64,000 bases of DNA from Eledone cirrhosa (GCA_964016885.1 OZ024743.1:7750001-7814000); one strand, 5' to 3'. Positions 41,138 through 55,290 are shown, counted from the stretch's first letter. The notes: generated by a model from the letters alone, not told the origin. Numbers and translations are program-made.

Positions 41138-43609
41138 TTATATATAAATACGGACGTACATTTGCTAATACAAACACACACACATATTATATATATATAT
41201 ATGTGTGTGTGTGGGTGTGTGAGCGTGTGCGTGTTAGGCAATAGTGTTTGTAATTATTTGATTCTTTTCAATAATGTTTCTTAGTACATTGAAGGAAAAA
41301 TGAACGTCTGCAATAAACTGGTGAAAATCTAATACGACTTCTGTAGTCACAAGGAAAGCTACAAAAATAAGAACTATACAAATCCAGAAAATCATATTAA
41401 TATTATTAATTCAATTATACTAATTGTTTTAATAAAAAAAGTTACTTTAAATTTGGTATAGTTGAGGGATTTTGGTGTGGAATGTATACGCTGAATAACA
41501 TATAAACGATATTTTTAGTTTCACTTTCTTTGTCTTGCACACGAAAAATCCTTCGTTATAGATATTGAATATTATAGCTGATATTTTTATTTTCAAATTT
41601 CACGTGCTTTTCTTACTGACATATAAATACTTGCTTTTGCCGCATTGTTATAATAATTGTGTGGGTTTTTATTAAATATTTACGCTAAAATTAACTAAAG
41701 TGTCCGATTCCATTAATTGGTTATTTTATTTATCATAATGTTAAATTGACGTAAATGTTTCTTCGCAAAATACTTTTTTTTTTATTTGAATAAACTCAAA
41801 TAAATGTTTATTTGTGTAGCCAATCTATTTAACTGATTTCAGCTATGATTACTCAGCAATATTAGAAAAAATTCCCGAATGAGATAATGATAATGAGATA
41901 ATGTGCCATGTTTATGTGTTCGTATGAATACAAATAGGTGTGGTTTGATGCGAACGTGGTTGTATGTGTATGTGTATCTTGTCAGTATCCTGTCATCGTT
42001 AAATCAGATCTGTCTAGGTGCAATAAAAGGTTATGCGTGCCGCATTATACGTGCGTGACTTCAGAGTCTCAATTGCGAGGAACGAAGTATATCCCGTTTC
42101 TTCTTGCGTTTTATGCACCAGTATAAAATTCACACAAAGGTTTCTTGGTGGAAGGAATAAACTACAGATAAAGAAACCCAGACAACAAATGAATAGAAAG
42201 AAAGAAAACAAATAACAAATAAAAAACTTTCCTCCTAAAGTTGTCAGAATTCATTTGGATCTTCGCTTGCCTGCTTATTCACAAATGTCTCACTGTCGAA
42301 ATGCTGTATAAAAGGGCCCCCATACGTAGTTGGAGTGAAAGCTCAGCACAAAAAGAACAATAGGTCGGCTAGCTATACGTCAGATTATTGTTATATTAAC
42401 ACTCTAATAATAAACGAATGCTCACTTTCTCTTTGTTCGTATAGTTTCATTGACAATGATTCTGCAGGCAAACGCCGCACGGCACAATGTAGTGAATCCG
42501 CTTCTGCTATGATTAGGAGACCCTCCAACAGGTAGATTAGCTAGCACACAAACATATAAATACACTAGATATATAAACTATCTCTATAATTATAAAAAAA
42601 TATCACTTGGGAGTGTAGTAAATAGATAAAATGAGCGAATTTAGCTTGAGGCTTCATATAAAAATATATTACAGGAGGTGAGGGGCTTTTCAATCTCATT
42701 TCCTCATTCTATTTCAATGTCATGTTTCTCTTTCGTGTCCTTTTATTTTATTCTATTTTATTTTAAATGGTGTAATATATATCTGAAATGTCATAAAGTA
42801 ACAATGTAAATGTTTTAAATAGCGATTCATTTTACAATAATTCCATTGGTATGTACGAAGGAGATATTATTCTGATACAATGAAGAAAAACCCAATGATG
42901 ATGTTGATGGAATGAGTAAAACAAAAGTAAATTTATACGTCGAGGTTATCATCATATAGAAGGTGTGATTTGAATGGCTTGAGTACTAAGCAGAATGATT
43001 TAGAGACCAGCTAGAATAATTCCTATTAATTTCTATCGTTGATTTTCTTGTTGCCCGTAGTTCATTTATTAGTCTTTTTTAAATGTCAATCTTGGGCCTA
43101 TGTTCAACATGTATAATCTATTGGAATGAAGCATAATTAGCTGATAGTTTATTAGAGAGTAAAGTGAATAAAAGGAAGTTTTTTTTTTCGGTTGAGGTCT
43201 GAAAGTCGAAGTCAGTTGCTAGATTACTTTTAAAATTTTAGAAATGTCAAACATTACTAAGAGGTAGGAGACAAACATTGAGTGATGTTATAGTAGGCTT
43301 ATAAATGGCAGTTTCTGTGTTGTTACTTACATTTCCATCTCTGAGCAAAATCCATCAGCAGAACTCCAAAAGTTTAAGTTCAAATGAAAGCAACAAAATA
43401 ACGAAAAACACTTAATGTTGTCAAAATGAAACATTTTTATTAATTATTTTGAAGGGAGCATTATGGGGAAACTTATATTTTATGTGTGCATTGTACTGAC
43501 GTATGAAAATATATATTTAGATATTGGAAGTAAAATGTTTACAATTGAATCTATTAACAAAGACAAAATAATAGTAAAAATATATATTTGGTTTGTATAT
43601 TTTTGCCTT

Positions 43610-43840
43610 TGTTTAGCCCAGGTCAGCTATGATGAAGCAGATCTATTTTGTTTAACTGAGTTCAGCCTTGAAGGAGACCTATTGTTAGTAGGTATTTTTA
43701 GTTGTTTAGTTTAGGTTAGCTTTGATGAAGCAGACTTGTGGCAAGTGGTTATTTGTTGCTGTTTATACGAAGCAGACCTCACGTTAGTGGGTATCCCAGG
43801 TCAGCATTAATGAAGCAAATCTACTGAGAGTAGTTATTCT
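43610..43840. repeat. Degenerate tandem array of about 40-55-bp units
   Basis: About five copies of GGTCAGC.(A/T)TGATGAAGCAGA(C/T)CTA..GTTAGT.GGTATT. Confidence 0.6.
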
Positions 43841-44129
43841 TAGTTTGAACAATTTTGTGTAATTCACATATACCTTGTTCCAGATATTCCATACTGTGCT
43901 CTAAAACAAGTAGTTGCTTATTGTACATTGTGAAGTTTCGGTAAAGCCGTGTTTTTCGCTCTCTGTGGTAATAGGTTATTGCTTTAGTGTTTCTGTACAG
44001 TTTCTCATGGTGTGAAGATTGCTGTTTTGTAATGTTTATAGTTTTGTTTTGTTGAGAGCTGAAATGGTAGGCAAGATTAGCATAATCTATGATGAATGTT
44101 ATGTATTGTTTGTAATGAGGGCAGCCATT

Positions 44130-44430
44130 TGCAGAGTCGTTAGAACGCCGGATAGAATGTTTATGGAATTCGTTCCGGATTTCTGCCCTCTGAGTTCAAA
44201 TCCCGCCGAAATCAACTTTGCCTTTCATCCTTTCGAGGTCGATAAAAAAAGTACCAGTTTAGTACTGGGGTCGATTCTTCCTCTATATCACCTTCTCATT
44301 TCCACTCTCCCATTTTCTATCTTTCTCTGGAAGAAATCTGCTGTACTCAGGCCTGGAGAGGGATGGGCTTCACCAGGCTTAAAATGCGCTAGAAACTCTG
44401 TATGTCAATACGGCACCTCTACCACTCTAT
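44130..44430 (+). mobile_element. SINE variant S2
   Basis: B box GAGTTCAAATCC, S1 core, then CAGGCCTGGAGAGGGATGGGCTTC.CCAGGCTTAAAATGC. Confidence 0.8.
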
Positions 44431-44959
44431 CAGGAGTTATGGGTCCATACATATACAGACTAGTGATAGTTCTTTATTTCAACATTATAGGCTCTCTGTT
44501 CGAAGTGTGTCTCCCCTCTTGAATATATATTCTGTGTTCGCTGTGTATATTGTATGGGAGTATAAGAAAGTAAGTGTACATCTGTTAGATGATAGAACTG
44601 TGAGAATTTTGGTCAGTATCTGAAGATGTTGAGTGCAATAATTCTTTCATTGTGTACAAATTTGTCAAGCCCTGTGGCAATGGCTTTTTTTTTTGCATTC
44701 TCTTGTTGCTATTTCTGAAATCCGATAGAAGGAGGGGATACGGCAATTGTTGTCTTGAGTCAAATTTGGTTTGAGGTTTGTATTTCTGGCATCTTATGTG
44801 TGCTTCTGATGACTGATTTTTGAAATGGATTTGATTAGTTTGTGAGGTTAGCGTGTGAGGTTGTTATTTAAAGTTGTTTGAATTGTGATATATGACAAGG
44901 CGTGGCCGTTTTTAAGGTCACTGATTTTGCTAATTAAATATGTTTTGCTTGCTCATTGA

Positions 44960-45260
44960 AAACATGTGGCATAGTGGTTAGGTAGTTTGGCCCACATCTT
45001 AAGGTTTTGAGTTCGTTTTGTCCTTGAACAAAACATTATATTTCGCGTTATTCCGTTCCACTCAACTGAAAAGATTGAGCTGTCCTTGTGATTCAAAGAG
45101 CTAGTCCTATTACACACTGTCTCACGCTGAATTTCCCTGAAAATCACGTTAAGAGTAAACATATCTGTGGAATACTGAGTTATTTGCACGTTTATTTCAC
45201 GATCAGAGTGTTCTGTTGATCAAACAACTGGAACATTCGTCATCGGTATCGGCGGAAGTC
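44960..45260 (+). mobile_element. tRNA-derived SINE (third family)
   Basis: GTGGCATAGTGGTTAGG head; TGTCCTTGAACAAAACATT core; 3' part matches 800-985. Confidence 0.6.
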
Positions 45261-46058
45261 CAATTCACACAACACGTATCCTTGCTTTGTGGTTTACGTT
45301 GCTAGATTTTTTCTTTTCTTTGTTATTTGCCTATTTAGTTTCCTGATAGTAAATTTTGTTCCTGTTGTGTGATGCTATCAAGTTGACTATTTCCGTTGTG
45401 TAATTTTGGTAATATTTTAATGTTAAATCGTGAGATTTTTTATTGAAAGTTACTATAATAATGTTCATATAATATATATATGGTGGAATGTTTAGTGCCT
45501 TTCGTTTGGATATAGTTATGTTTCTTAGATCAATGTATTTCGTATTATATATACATACATACATACATGGTGGCTGCCAACTCGTTTTCGAGTACAGCCA
45601 CTACTTTATATCCATGTAGGAGAACCCCTACCGATGCGCTGAACGAGTGTCACTTTTTAGTCCAGCCAGTGACTTGAAAACTCTGGTACAAACACTACAC
45701 TTGTGACAATTATTGACACATAGTGCTGGGCCCATGGTACCATGTGACGACAAGTGCAGAGAGATCTCCAGATATAAAGCAATGCCTGTGCCGTGAAGCT
45801 TTTATAGTGAGCAAAGGCACTGCACAAAGCCAGTCCCACTCTCTTAACCAAGATGATATTTACCAAAAAGAAGAACAAGTCAACATCATTGGATACCATC
45901 AGAGTTGCAGGTGTTATATCAGAGTTTTCCTTCTCCTAGAATTCTGCCTTGACAAAGGCTAAGGGGTCATCTCTCCCGGTGATTTTGGATGGCCATTGAC
46001 TCTTAAGAGCTCCTTTGCCCTTTGACAGGTTTTGTTTTTAGTCCTGCAGGATGTCCAA

Positions 46059-46122
<64 letters not shown>

Positions 46123-46158
46123 GTATATATATACACACACACACATATATATATACAC

Positions 46159-46230
<72 letters not shown>

Positions 46231-47600
46231 TTATTTTTATATTGATATATATATATTTATATTGAAACCCTACTTGTTTAGTGTGTCGTTGTTCCCTATT
46301 AATGTTTGAGCATTATCTACGTACTAGATGCGTAATTTTATGCTTGTTCAAAGACCCTCTATATTTGGCGTGGCCTGTCCGATTGGAGTGAATTTACGAG
46401 TATAAGAGGTCCTGTGTTCACAAAACAAATTTGAGGACAATATTTATGGTCAAAATAAGGACGACAATATTTGATAATGTAATCTTAAATAAGCTATGCT
46501 TGAAAAAGAGAAAAGACGAGATAAAAACGATAGGATGGAAAACCTGTCAAAAGATTAAAAGATGCCAAATTAAAACCAAGAAACCGGTATATAGATGAAC
46601 ACTGTGTGATTATGTAGAAAAACATATGTTCGTTTTACATGTTAGTGACGAGTAGTATGCTGTTAATATCTACATCTGATAAAATGACTTGAGATTTGAT
46701 TAATATCTTCGTATTTATTCCGGCTTTCTGCATTCTGAGTTGAAGTTTCATCGAGTAAGACTTTCTGTGTTGATAAATAAAGTAACAGTCCAAGTGCAAT
46801 GGACTGATGGAATTGCTAAAGAGTCGAACGGGATGCTTTGTTGTATTTGTTCCACCCCTGTGCGTTTTGAGTTAAAATCTTGCCTCCTGTCACCAGAAAA
46901 ACTGTGACGCTTTTGCCAAGAGTCGCCACCGACAGATAGTATCCACAATGGAAAGACCAATAAAAACATAGTTTCCTTCGTCTGATCTGATGGTTGGCTC
47001 AATTTCTGTTTGAAGTTATTGGAGCATAAAATCATTTATTGTAGAAAACATTAAGAATACGAAAACAAACATTGTGAGGCTAAACTGAAAATGAATACAA
47101 TCAACATCACATGATATGCCAATGTGTTAAGATCTTATCTCAAATGTATATATCCAAACTAAATTATCATATTTTACATGTTATCTGATATGCATATTTA
47201 TAATGTACACTCGACAACGTTACTAACTTTTTATGGGTATGGTAATTATATATTTAATAAATATTGATTTCTAAAATATATTCAAGCTTGTTATTTTTAG
47301 GTCAAACATTGTGATTTGTTGTTTGTGTAATGTGAAGCTATAGAGCTCTTAAGATTGGGATTGTAAGATTCTGAACGACTATCTTGCCGCCAAGACTTAT
47401 TGTAAAATATCGAAGAAATCATTTATAAATAAAACTAATACAAATTGTGGTTCTTTACCCACCGAGTTAGTTTTCTTTCCTCATACCAATCTCAGGGCCG
47501 CATATGAAAATAAAATGCATAGAAAATGTGTTTCAATTTAAGCAAGAACCTGACCCTTTAGGTTTATGGAAGTCGGTTACTCTGGCTGTCGCTCAATATC

Positions 47601-47685
<85 letters not shown>

Positions 47686-48569
47686 GATAACGGTCTGTTG
47701 CCTTTTTATTGTTTGCTCCAGGAACTGCTTAGGCAATGAAAAAAATCCCATGTTTTTTTATTAACAAAAAAATAGATTTGTTTCTTCGAAAATATTATTT
47801 TCTTGTGAGGTATATCCGGTGGATGAGATACATGCAAATATAAACTGTACATATAATGGAAACAGATCCTTTGTTTCATTTGTTAAGCTTTTGATTAATA
47901 TTAGAGGACATATCTAGCTATGGGAGATTGGTGTATATTGAATATAGCTCTACGCTTTCGGATATATTCTTGATAGTGCCTATTGTCAAATATAGTTAGT
48001 CCGTTCAATAATGATATTTATAGTAGGCGTTTTATTTTTATTTCACTACAGTTGTAAATGGCTGTAAACAAAATAATACTATAAGAAATTGCTGAGAGTA
48101 TTTAAATATTTCTTGAAAGTTTGCTTGTAAGCTACTAAAATTATTTTGCTGTTATATATATAAAGCCTAATAATATTTGTAAAATTTCTGAAAAATTTCT
48201 CACATATTAATATTTTGAGATTCTTCGTGTGTTCAAATTAAAATCAAATAAAAATATTGATGTATATAAATACGATTTATTTTACAGCAGGGTACTTTAG
48301 TATACAACATTAGAAATAGGGACTCAGCATATACGATATATATTGCTATATTCAGAGTTACACAACGTGCAAACCCAGAGATTCGAGCCGTTGGAAATTT
48401 AGTGTTTGTTGGTGTTTTATATACGACCATTCTGTTTCCAGTTGTTTGTGTGATTATATTTTAATTAGACACACTCCAATTGAAACAGATAAAAAAATAA
48501 AGAACTTTTACCAATATCCACTCTTTCGATTCAACATTGCAAACAGACATTATTTATAATGGGTTGTAG

Positions 48570-48705
48570 TTCTGAGTTCTGAGGTTAGCTTTGCTTTTCA
48601 TCCTTACGTGCTCGATAAAATAAAGTACCAGTGACGCACTGGGATCGATTTAATCGACTTCCCCTCCCCCAAAATGTGTGGCCTTGTGCCTAAATCAGAA
48701 ACCCT
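48570..48705 (+). mobile_element. SINE S1 fragment; others at about 50775-50940 (-), 51435-51612 (-) and 62457-62575 (+)
   Basis: S1 core CTTTGC.TTTCATCCTTACG.G.TCGATAAAATAAAGTACCAG. Confidence 0.8.
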
Positions 48706-49014
48706 TGTTTATAATATTTCTGAATGGTATAATTTCGGAGACGAAGATAGTGGACAGTTCCACTGTATTTTAAAGCACACACACACACACACACACACGG
48801 GCCACGACTTCAAGAACATCATCTTTGTCCGTTCCCTTGTCGTTGTCTATTTGTAATGCCTCGAGAACGTAACCTTATTATATAAGAAGCTCTGTGGAAT
48901 CGCGTGGCCACTGTCGTCATTGAAATATGTATCACAGCCTTATCAATGGGGACTTAGACGTCTGGGACTGCTTCGCATTTTCCTATTCTCCCCGCTCTCT
49001 CTCTGTATACATAA

Positions 49015-49047
<33 letters not shown>

Positions 49048-49091
49048 AAACGCAAATGCATTTATTAATAGCAATAGCAGTGATTAAGAGA

Positions 49092-49158
<67 letters not shown>

Positions 49159-49198
49159 ATATATTAATAAATGGAAACTATATTTATAAAATCATAAT

Positions 49199-49264
49199 TA
49201 TTTTATTATATATATTTCAAGGGTAACCAAGGCAAATTTTTGTGCGCTTTCATCAGATAAAATA
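49199..49264 (-). ncRNA. Type I hammerhead ribozyme, H1-related
   Basis: Minus: UAUUUUAU-CUGAUGA-AAG...CUU-GAAA-UAUAUA-UA-AUAAAAUA, between (TA)n tracts; stem II is weak. Confidence 0.7.
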
Positions 49265-49315
49265 CAAATTTGTTTTATAAATATTGACATACCCGCATAA
49301 ATTAAATATAACCTC

Positions 49316-49385
<70 letters not shown>

Positions 49386-49512
49386 TTAAAATAACAGATT
49401 AAAGTTTAAGCAAAGAATCGCTGCTTTCACACTTAACGGGATCTTATATATTTGATATATATTTATCCTTATCGAGCACTCTTTGGATTTTAGTCTTCAC
49501 ATTTATTATTAT

Positions 49513-49563
<51 letters not shown>

Positions 49564-49594
49564 TATAAGTATTAATAAAATAGATGTTGTTTTG

Positions 49595-49664
49595 ATCAAT
49601 TACATTTTATTATACATATTTCGGATGTACAACAGTACGTCCTCATCAGACAAAATATAATGAT
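49595..49664 (-). ncRNA. Type I hammerhead ribozyme H1 (inverted arm)
   Basis: Reverse complement of 49751-49820. Confidence 0.8.
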
Positions 49665-49750
49665 ACATGACATACCCTGAGATGTTAAATGGTTAAGATT
49701 TACTACCTTGATTAAATCTTAACCATTTAACTTCTCAGGGTATGTCATGT

Positions 49751-49820
49751 ATCATTATATTTTGTCTGATGAGGACGTACTGTTGTACATCCGAAATATG
49801 TATAATAAAATGTAATTGAT
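49751..49820 (+). ncRNA. Type I hammerhead ribozyme H1
   Basis: AUCAUUAUAUUUUGU-CUGAUGA-GGAcGUAC(UGUU)GUACaUCC-GAAA-UAUGUA-UA-AUAAAAUGUAAUuGAU; stem I about 15 bp. Confidence 0.85.
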
Positions 49821-49948
49821 CAAAAGAACATCTATTTTATTAATACTTATATTTTAATATTTTAATAACTCCAGAAAATTATTTTTGCCGTTGAGTGCTT
49901 CCAATCTACTGTAAAACTCATTCTTTGACATAATCATTGAATTAACAC

Positions 49949-50012
<64 letters not shown>

Positions 50013-52106
50013 ATCTGTATCTCTGTGTGTGTATGATGCACACACACACACACACACACACGCATATATACACATATATGTGTGTATGATGCATACATAC
50101 ACATATATGTGTGTATGCACACGGGTGCATAGTTCTGTCAGCAGTACACATCATAGATAGTGTTCGACATCCTTTAACAAAGTGTTTCAATCCCCAGTAA
50201 TAAGTTAATGTAGCCATTTAGTATTGCATTGTGGTGGCGGTGGTGGTATGGTGGTGGCGGCGGTGGTGAAGGAAGTGCTGGTGGTGGTGGTGCGGCTGCT
50301 GTTACTAAATCTTGCCGCTGCTTCTTCCTTTGCAGACAGGAGGTTGATGTTACCTCGGTTAGGTCACTATCAGTTGCTACTGAAGAGACGGACATGTGCG
50401 TGTAAGATGCAAAAGCAAAATAGACGAGAAAAACAACACAAAACAAGTAAAAACAAGAGAGACGAGCAGGCAAGTGAAAAATACAAGAACAGTGAGTAGA
50501 AGTAGTATAGAAGGAAAGTGGCGTCCTATTAACATGTGAATTTTGGTTGATGTGTATTGGTTGGTAATTGACTACAGATGGGATACAACACTCATACGTA
50601 CAGAGACGCTTTCAGATGTATATAATCACATATAATACAACTTTTGTTGATAGATGTTTTAATTTGAGAGAACGAACATTGAATAGACCCAAACAATTAT
50701 TATTGTGAAGTATTCTTGTAATATGTGGAATATACAAACGTATATGTAAAACAGAATAGGTTCAATGAAATAATGATTTATAATTTAGGCACAAATGTTA
50801 GGAGGGGAAAGTCGATTATATCGAGCGCAGTTCTTTACTGGTACATTTTTTTTTATCGACCCCTGAAGAATGAAAAGCAAATTTGACCTTGGCGGAATTT
50901 ACACTCAGAACGTAAAGAGCCGGAACAAATGCTACTAAACACTTGAATACCGCCATAAAAAAATTAATAATAAAAAAATACACACATATTAATTTAAAAT
51001 TTGTATGTTATTATCACAAAAATTATTTTGCGATATTTTTGAATATTTATTAATCAACTAAAATAATTATTTCAATTTGTAAATAGATTCAACTCCTTTA
51101 GTAATTTCCGTCATTGGACTGCGATCACACCGTGGTCCCGCTTACAAGGTTTTAGTCGATCAGTACTCATTTAAGAAAGAATATGTTACATTTTGAGGAA
51201 CTTTTTAAAACCTTTTATTTAACCAGTAAATTTTTAATTTGTAGATAGATTCGTAAGTTTCTCAGTGGCAGGCTTTCAAATTATACAAAACACAGTGCCC
51301 CCCCCCCCCCGCCCCTCTCTGAAACAACGAGAGAACCTCTATGTCAAACTCAGGGTTGGTAAAGGTAGTAGTGAAAGTATGTGAGTTAAAAATTTCAAGT
51401 AGATTGTTAACATCATTATATACACACAAAAAAGATTTCTAATTTAGATATAAGACCAGCAATTTGATCATAGGATCGATAGTTACTTTATTTTATCAAC
51501 CGCCAACGATGAAAAACAAAGTTGCCCTCGGTGGGATTTAAAATCAAAACATAAAGAGCCGGGAACAAATACTGCTAAACATTTATCCGACGTTCTCACA
51601 ACTCTCCCAATCCAATATTTGGCACCACTGTTCTAAGTGTTCGTTCGACCTGTTGGTAATAGTATTCAAGTTTTTCTCAAATTATACACTATTTTGTTTT
51701 AAAAAGGAAGTATAAATTAGATTACATAGAGCGTTTCACATAAAAAAGACAGGAAGGCCACGACGGGAACGCTTTTAATGGCATGTCTGTCTGCTTTCTG
51801 CTTGCCTGTCTGTTTAGTCCCTTCTCTCCTCGCCCCTCCCTCTCTTTCACCTTACAGACTCAAATGTACATAATCTACTTCTAACTTTCAAACACATACG
51901 CACGTACAAACACAAACAGACAAAACAGACGCACACAATTACATACAAACAGACACGCACACGAATTCTATAAATTATGTTAAGGAAAGCTATTACATAC
52001 TTTTAATTCTTCAATAAATAGGTTATATATATGTATATATATATATGTATATACATATATATATATATATATATATACATACATAGAATCTCATCTATAT
52101 TAAAAC

Positions 52107-52161
<55 letters not shown>

Positions 52162-52182
52162 GTAGAATCTCATCTATTTTAA

Positions 52183-52278
<96 letters not shown>

Positions 52279-52409
52279 GTGAGGTTTTTTTTACAAAATG
52301 AAAAATAACCGAGGTGTCCTACACGAGTGAAAGTATAAAGAAAAAAAGATGAAATCGAAAATGCAACTGGAGTCTTATTTAAAAAAAATATATATATATT
52401 TATTTGGTT

Positions 52410-52446
52410 CCTTTACCGGTTTCGCAGTTCTTCTGCTTTTCAAAAG
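52410..52446 (-). ncRNA. Degenerate minimal hammerhead
   Basis: Minus: CUU-uUGAAaA-GCAG(AAGAA)CUGC-GAAA-CCGG-UA-AAG; two core substitutions. Confidence 0.45.
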
Positions 52447-52470
52447 TAGAGTTGAGATGGAGGGTCTGTG

Positions 52471-52658
52471 GTTTTAATATAGATGAGATTCTACAGGACT
52501 AGAACTGTTTCATTCTTTAGAAATCATCAGATGATTTCTAAAGAATGAAACAGTTCTAGTCCTGTAGAATCTCATCTATATTAAAACTTTTATACTCTGC
52601 TATGTATTGAGTACCTTACTTACTGTGGTTACCTCCGATTCAACCCGGAATAACGTAC

Positions 52659-52660
<2 letters not shown>
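52471..52660 (+). mobile_element. Hammerhead foldback module H4 (117-bp perfect palindrome plus tail)
   Basis: 52471-52587 is palindromic with a 1-nt centre at 52529; minus strand reads CUGAUGA-UUUC(UAAA)GAAU-GAAA-CAGUUCUAG-UC; tail 52588-52660, then (TA)n. Confidence 0.8.
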
Positions 52661-52707
<47 letters not shown>

Positions 52708-52712
52708 GTATG

Positions 52713-52773
<61 letters not shown>

Positions 52774-54200
52774 TGTAAATCAAATTTTAGCTGCAGTACA
52801 GCATGCACTATTTGATTTGTTTGGGGCAATCACAAAGCACTCAATGGATCGAAAGTTAAAGACAAACATTAAGTCCAGAGTTAACACTATAGTTACAAAG
52901 TGTGACACCTTGAAAACCGACCGAAGGCACAAACTATACATACAACACAATTACGATAGATATATATAGTTATGTCAGGTAGGCTGTGTTGCGTATTTAC
53001 GTCCCAGAATCAACCTACCCAGATCAATCACATTGGATTCACTGAAAACAGAAACAGAGCAGTATTATTCCTGCTGAATATCACCCATGTTTTTAACATC
53101 GTTATAGAGAATGTTTCCATCAATCAGTGGTCCAACCGGAGACAACAACTTTTTGCTTCTTGGCAAATGAGAACACTTTGGAGTCTTACTTTTTTCTATA
53201 TCGCCTCGTCTTCTTTATCTGTTCTTTGATTATTGGTGTTAATCTTCATGCAGTTTTGAAGATTATATTTTTGGGATTAAAAAAAAAAATGCTTTAGTAG
53301 TCAAATGAAATTGTTGTTGCTTTCAGTATTTTAGCTGGTTGATTGTTTTCTATCTCATGAGAGCCTGCACTTAGTTTTATTCACGGACTATGGTGGATTG
53401 TGGCTACAGCGCATATTTGCAACAGTATCTGCAAATAGCTGTCAATATATTTAAAGGTTGATGTTGGTGAGTGTGAAAGTGTATAAACACACATTCTGGT
53501 CTTTGACAAAATCTAAAGCACCAGGCTATACGCCTGTATTTCGGATGACACAAAAACGCGAATCTGTCAAAGATAAACTGGGCATCTACTAATCTTTGTG
53601 GCACGAGGACATACTTGCTAGTAATTAGAAAGTCGGATTATATATTCTTCATGGAATTAGATGGCCACAAACCTTTGTTAATTGAAACAATTCTCACAAA
53701 AATGGTATAGTTTATGTACTCTTTTGTTTATGTTTCCAAATAAAGACATCGGCTTCAGCGAGAACAACTCATACAAATAGTAACAGGAACACAACCATGT
53801 TTGGTCTCATTTGAAATAAATAGATCGAGCAATGGTTGACATATTTTCATGGAAGTTACGGACGTTTTCGATCATGTAATAAGATGTGCTGATTAAAATC
53901 CACAAAATAGAATCACAATTTCTTTTTATGTAAAACAAGAAATAAAAAATCCGTCTCCTGATATTTCTTTCTCTCGACCATTTTCAGTCCATTTCCCTCA
54001 AAGTAAATTATGTCTTGTGGTTCATTCCGGCACCGACACGCCCAAATTTTAAGACAGTGTCATTTACTCTTAATACTCAGGACTTTCAACTAATGAGAGA
54101 GAATGATGCAAGGGAAAATGGAAAAAAGGAAAGACAAATTCAAGATACAAAGAAAATGCAAAATATATTTTATTAACTATTATTTTCCACACACACACAC

Positions 54201-54315
<115 letters not shown>

Positions 54316-54317
54316 CA

Positions 54318-54450
<133 letters not shown>

Positions 54451-54548
54451 TCAAGCAAATATGTACATGATGATAGATATGTAATGTATGTATGTATGCG
54501 TACATGTATGTGTGCGCGTATATATATTTATATATATATATATACAAT

Positions 54549-55280
54549 GCATTGGTTTATGAGCTGAACTGCGCATGCGGCGCCAACTACATCGGTTTCA
54601 CAAAACGATCACTACATTACAGAGTGAAGGAACACTTAAAAAAATAAAATAACACCTCCAAGACAAAAATGTGGAAGAAGCATCACCACAAAAATATTTG
54701 CGGAACAAACAGACGCGACAAAACTCGGAATAACGGAGGAGCATTTGATTAGGAAGAAAGAACCGACTCTGCACCATCGGAGTGACCTGGGCAATTGGAA
54801 ACACCTGCACACTTACTCTGACGGGTAAAGGATTTGCCAACATGAAACAACAGAGCCTGACGAACGATTTTACAACAAAAAGCGCTAATCACTAACCTTA
54901 AACTAATCCATACTAACCCAGCAACAAGGCTCGTAGACAGTAACTGCGTACCCGCTCACGGCAAACATACTAATACTAGTTATAATTCCTTCCTTTAATC
55001 TTTTTAATTATTTTTAATTATTTTTATCCTAACCTTAATTCACACACACACACACACTTCTATCACTCTCCTCAGGTACCGAACAATAAAACACAGAACG
55101 TTTACCGTTTTAACAAGTTTTATCTCTATTATTTACTCCAGCTATTTCTTCCTTCCAGCTCCCTATAGCTCACCCCTGTCACCCGATGTCTAGCCTTCCC
55201 CTCAATACTCACATCATTAGGGACTATGCGCAACTATAACTTCTATACAACTCAGCCGTCGGGGTCCTGACCCTTTTCCT
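54549..55280 (+). mobile_element. Penelope-like element remnant: GIY-YIG endonuclease end plus 3' UTR, ending in an H2 hammerhead fragment and (TA)n
   Basis: From 54549: ALVYELNCACGANYIGFTKRSLHYRVKEHLKK (VY-x-C-x-C-YIG-T-R-L-R-EH); after a frameshift, KIFAEQTDATKLGITEEHLIRKKEPTL; ends CTCAGCCGTCGGGGTCCTGACCC. Not shown in the ORF track. Confidence 0.8.
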
Positions 55281-55290
55281 ATATATATAT

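Larger units (their letters stand above)
49555..49950 (+). mobile_element. Hammerhead foldback module H1, second copy (306-bp palindrome plus tail) in (TA)n
   Basis: Arms 49555-49702 and 49713-49860 with a 10-nt loop; tail homologous to 15553-15645. Confidence 0.85.

Noticed and set aside
42305-42535. TATAAAAG box followed by a CAG|GTAGAT donor-like site
   Set aside because: Such motifs are expected by chance in AT-rich DNA and no ORF supports them
43610-43840. TGATGAAGC repeats as tandem hammerheads or a CRISPR-like array
   Set aside because: There is no GAAA or stem II pairing after the motif; it is a decayed tandem repeat
53445-53505. VDVGECES / KCINTHSG resembling a calcium-binding EGF motif
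   Set aside because: The pieces are in different frames with stops, and the cysteine spacing does not fit
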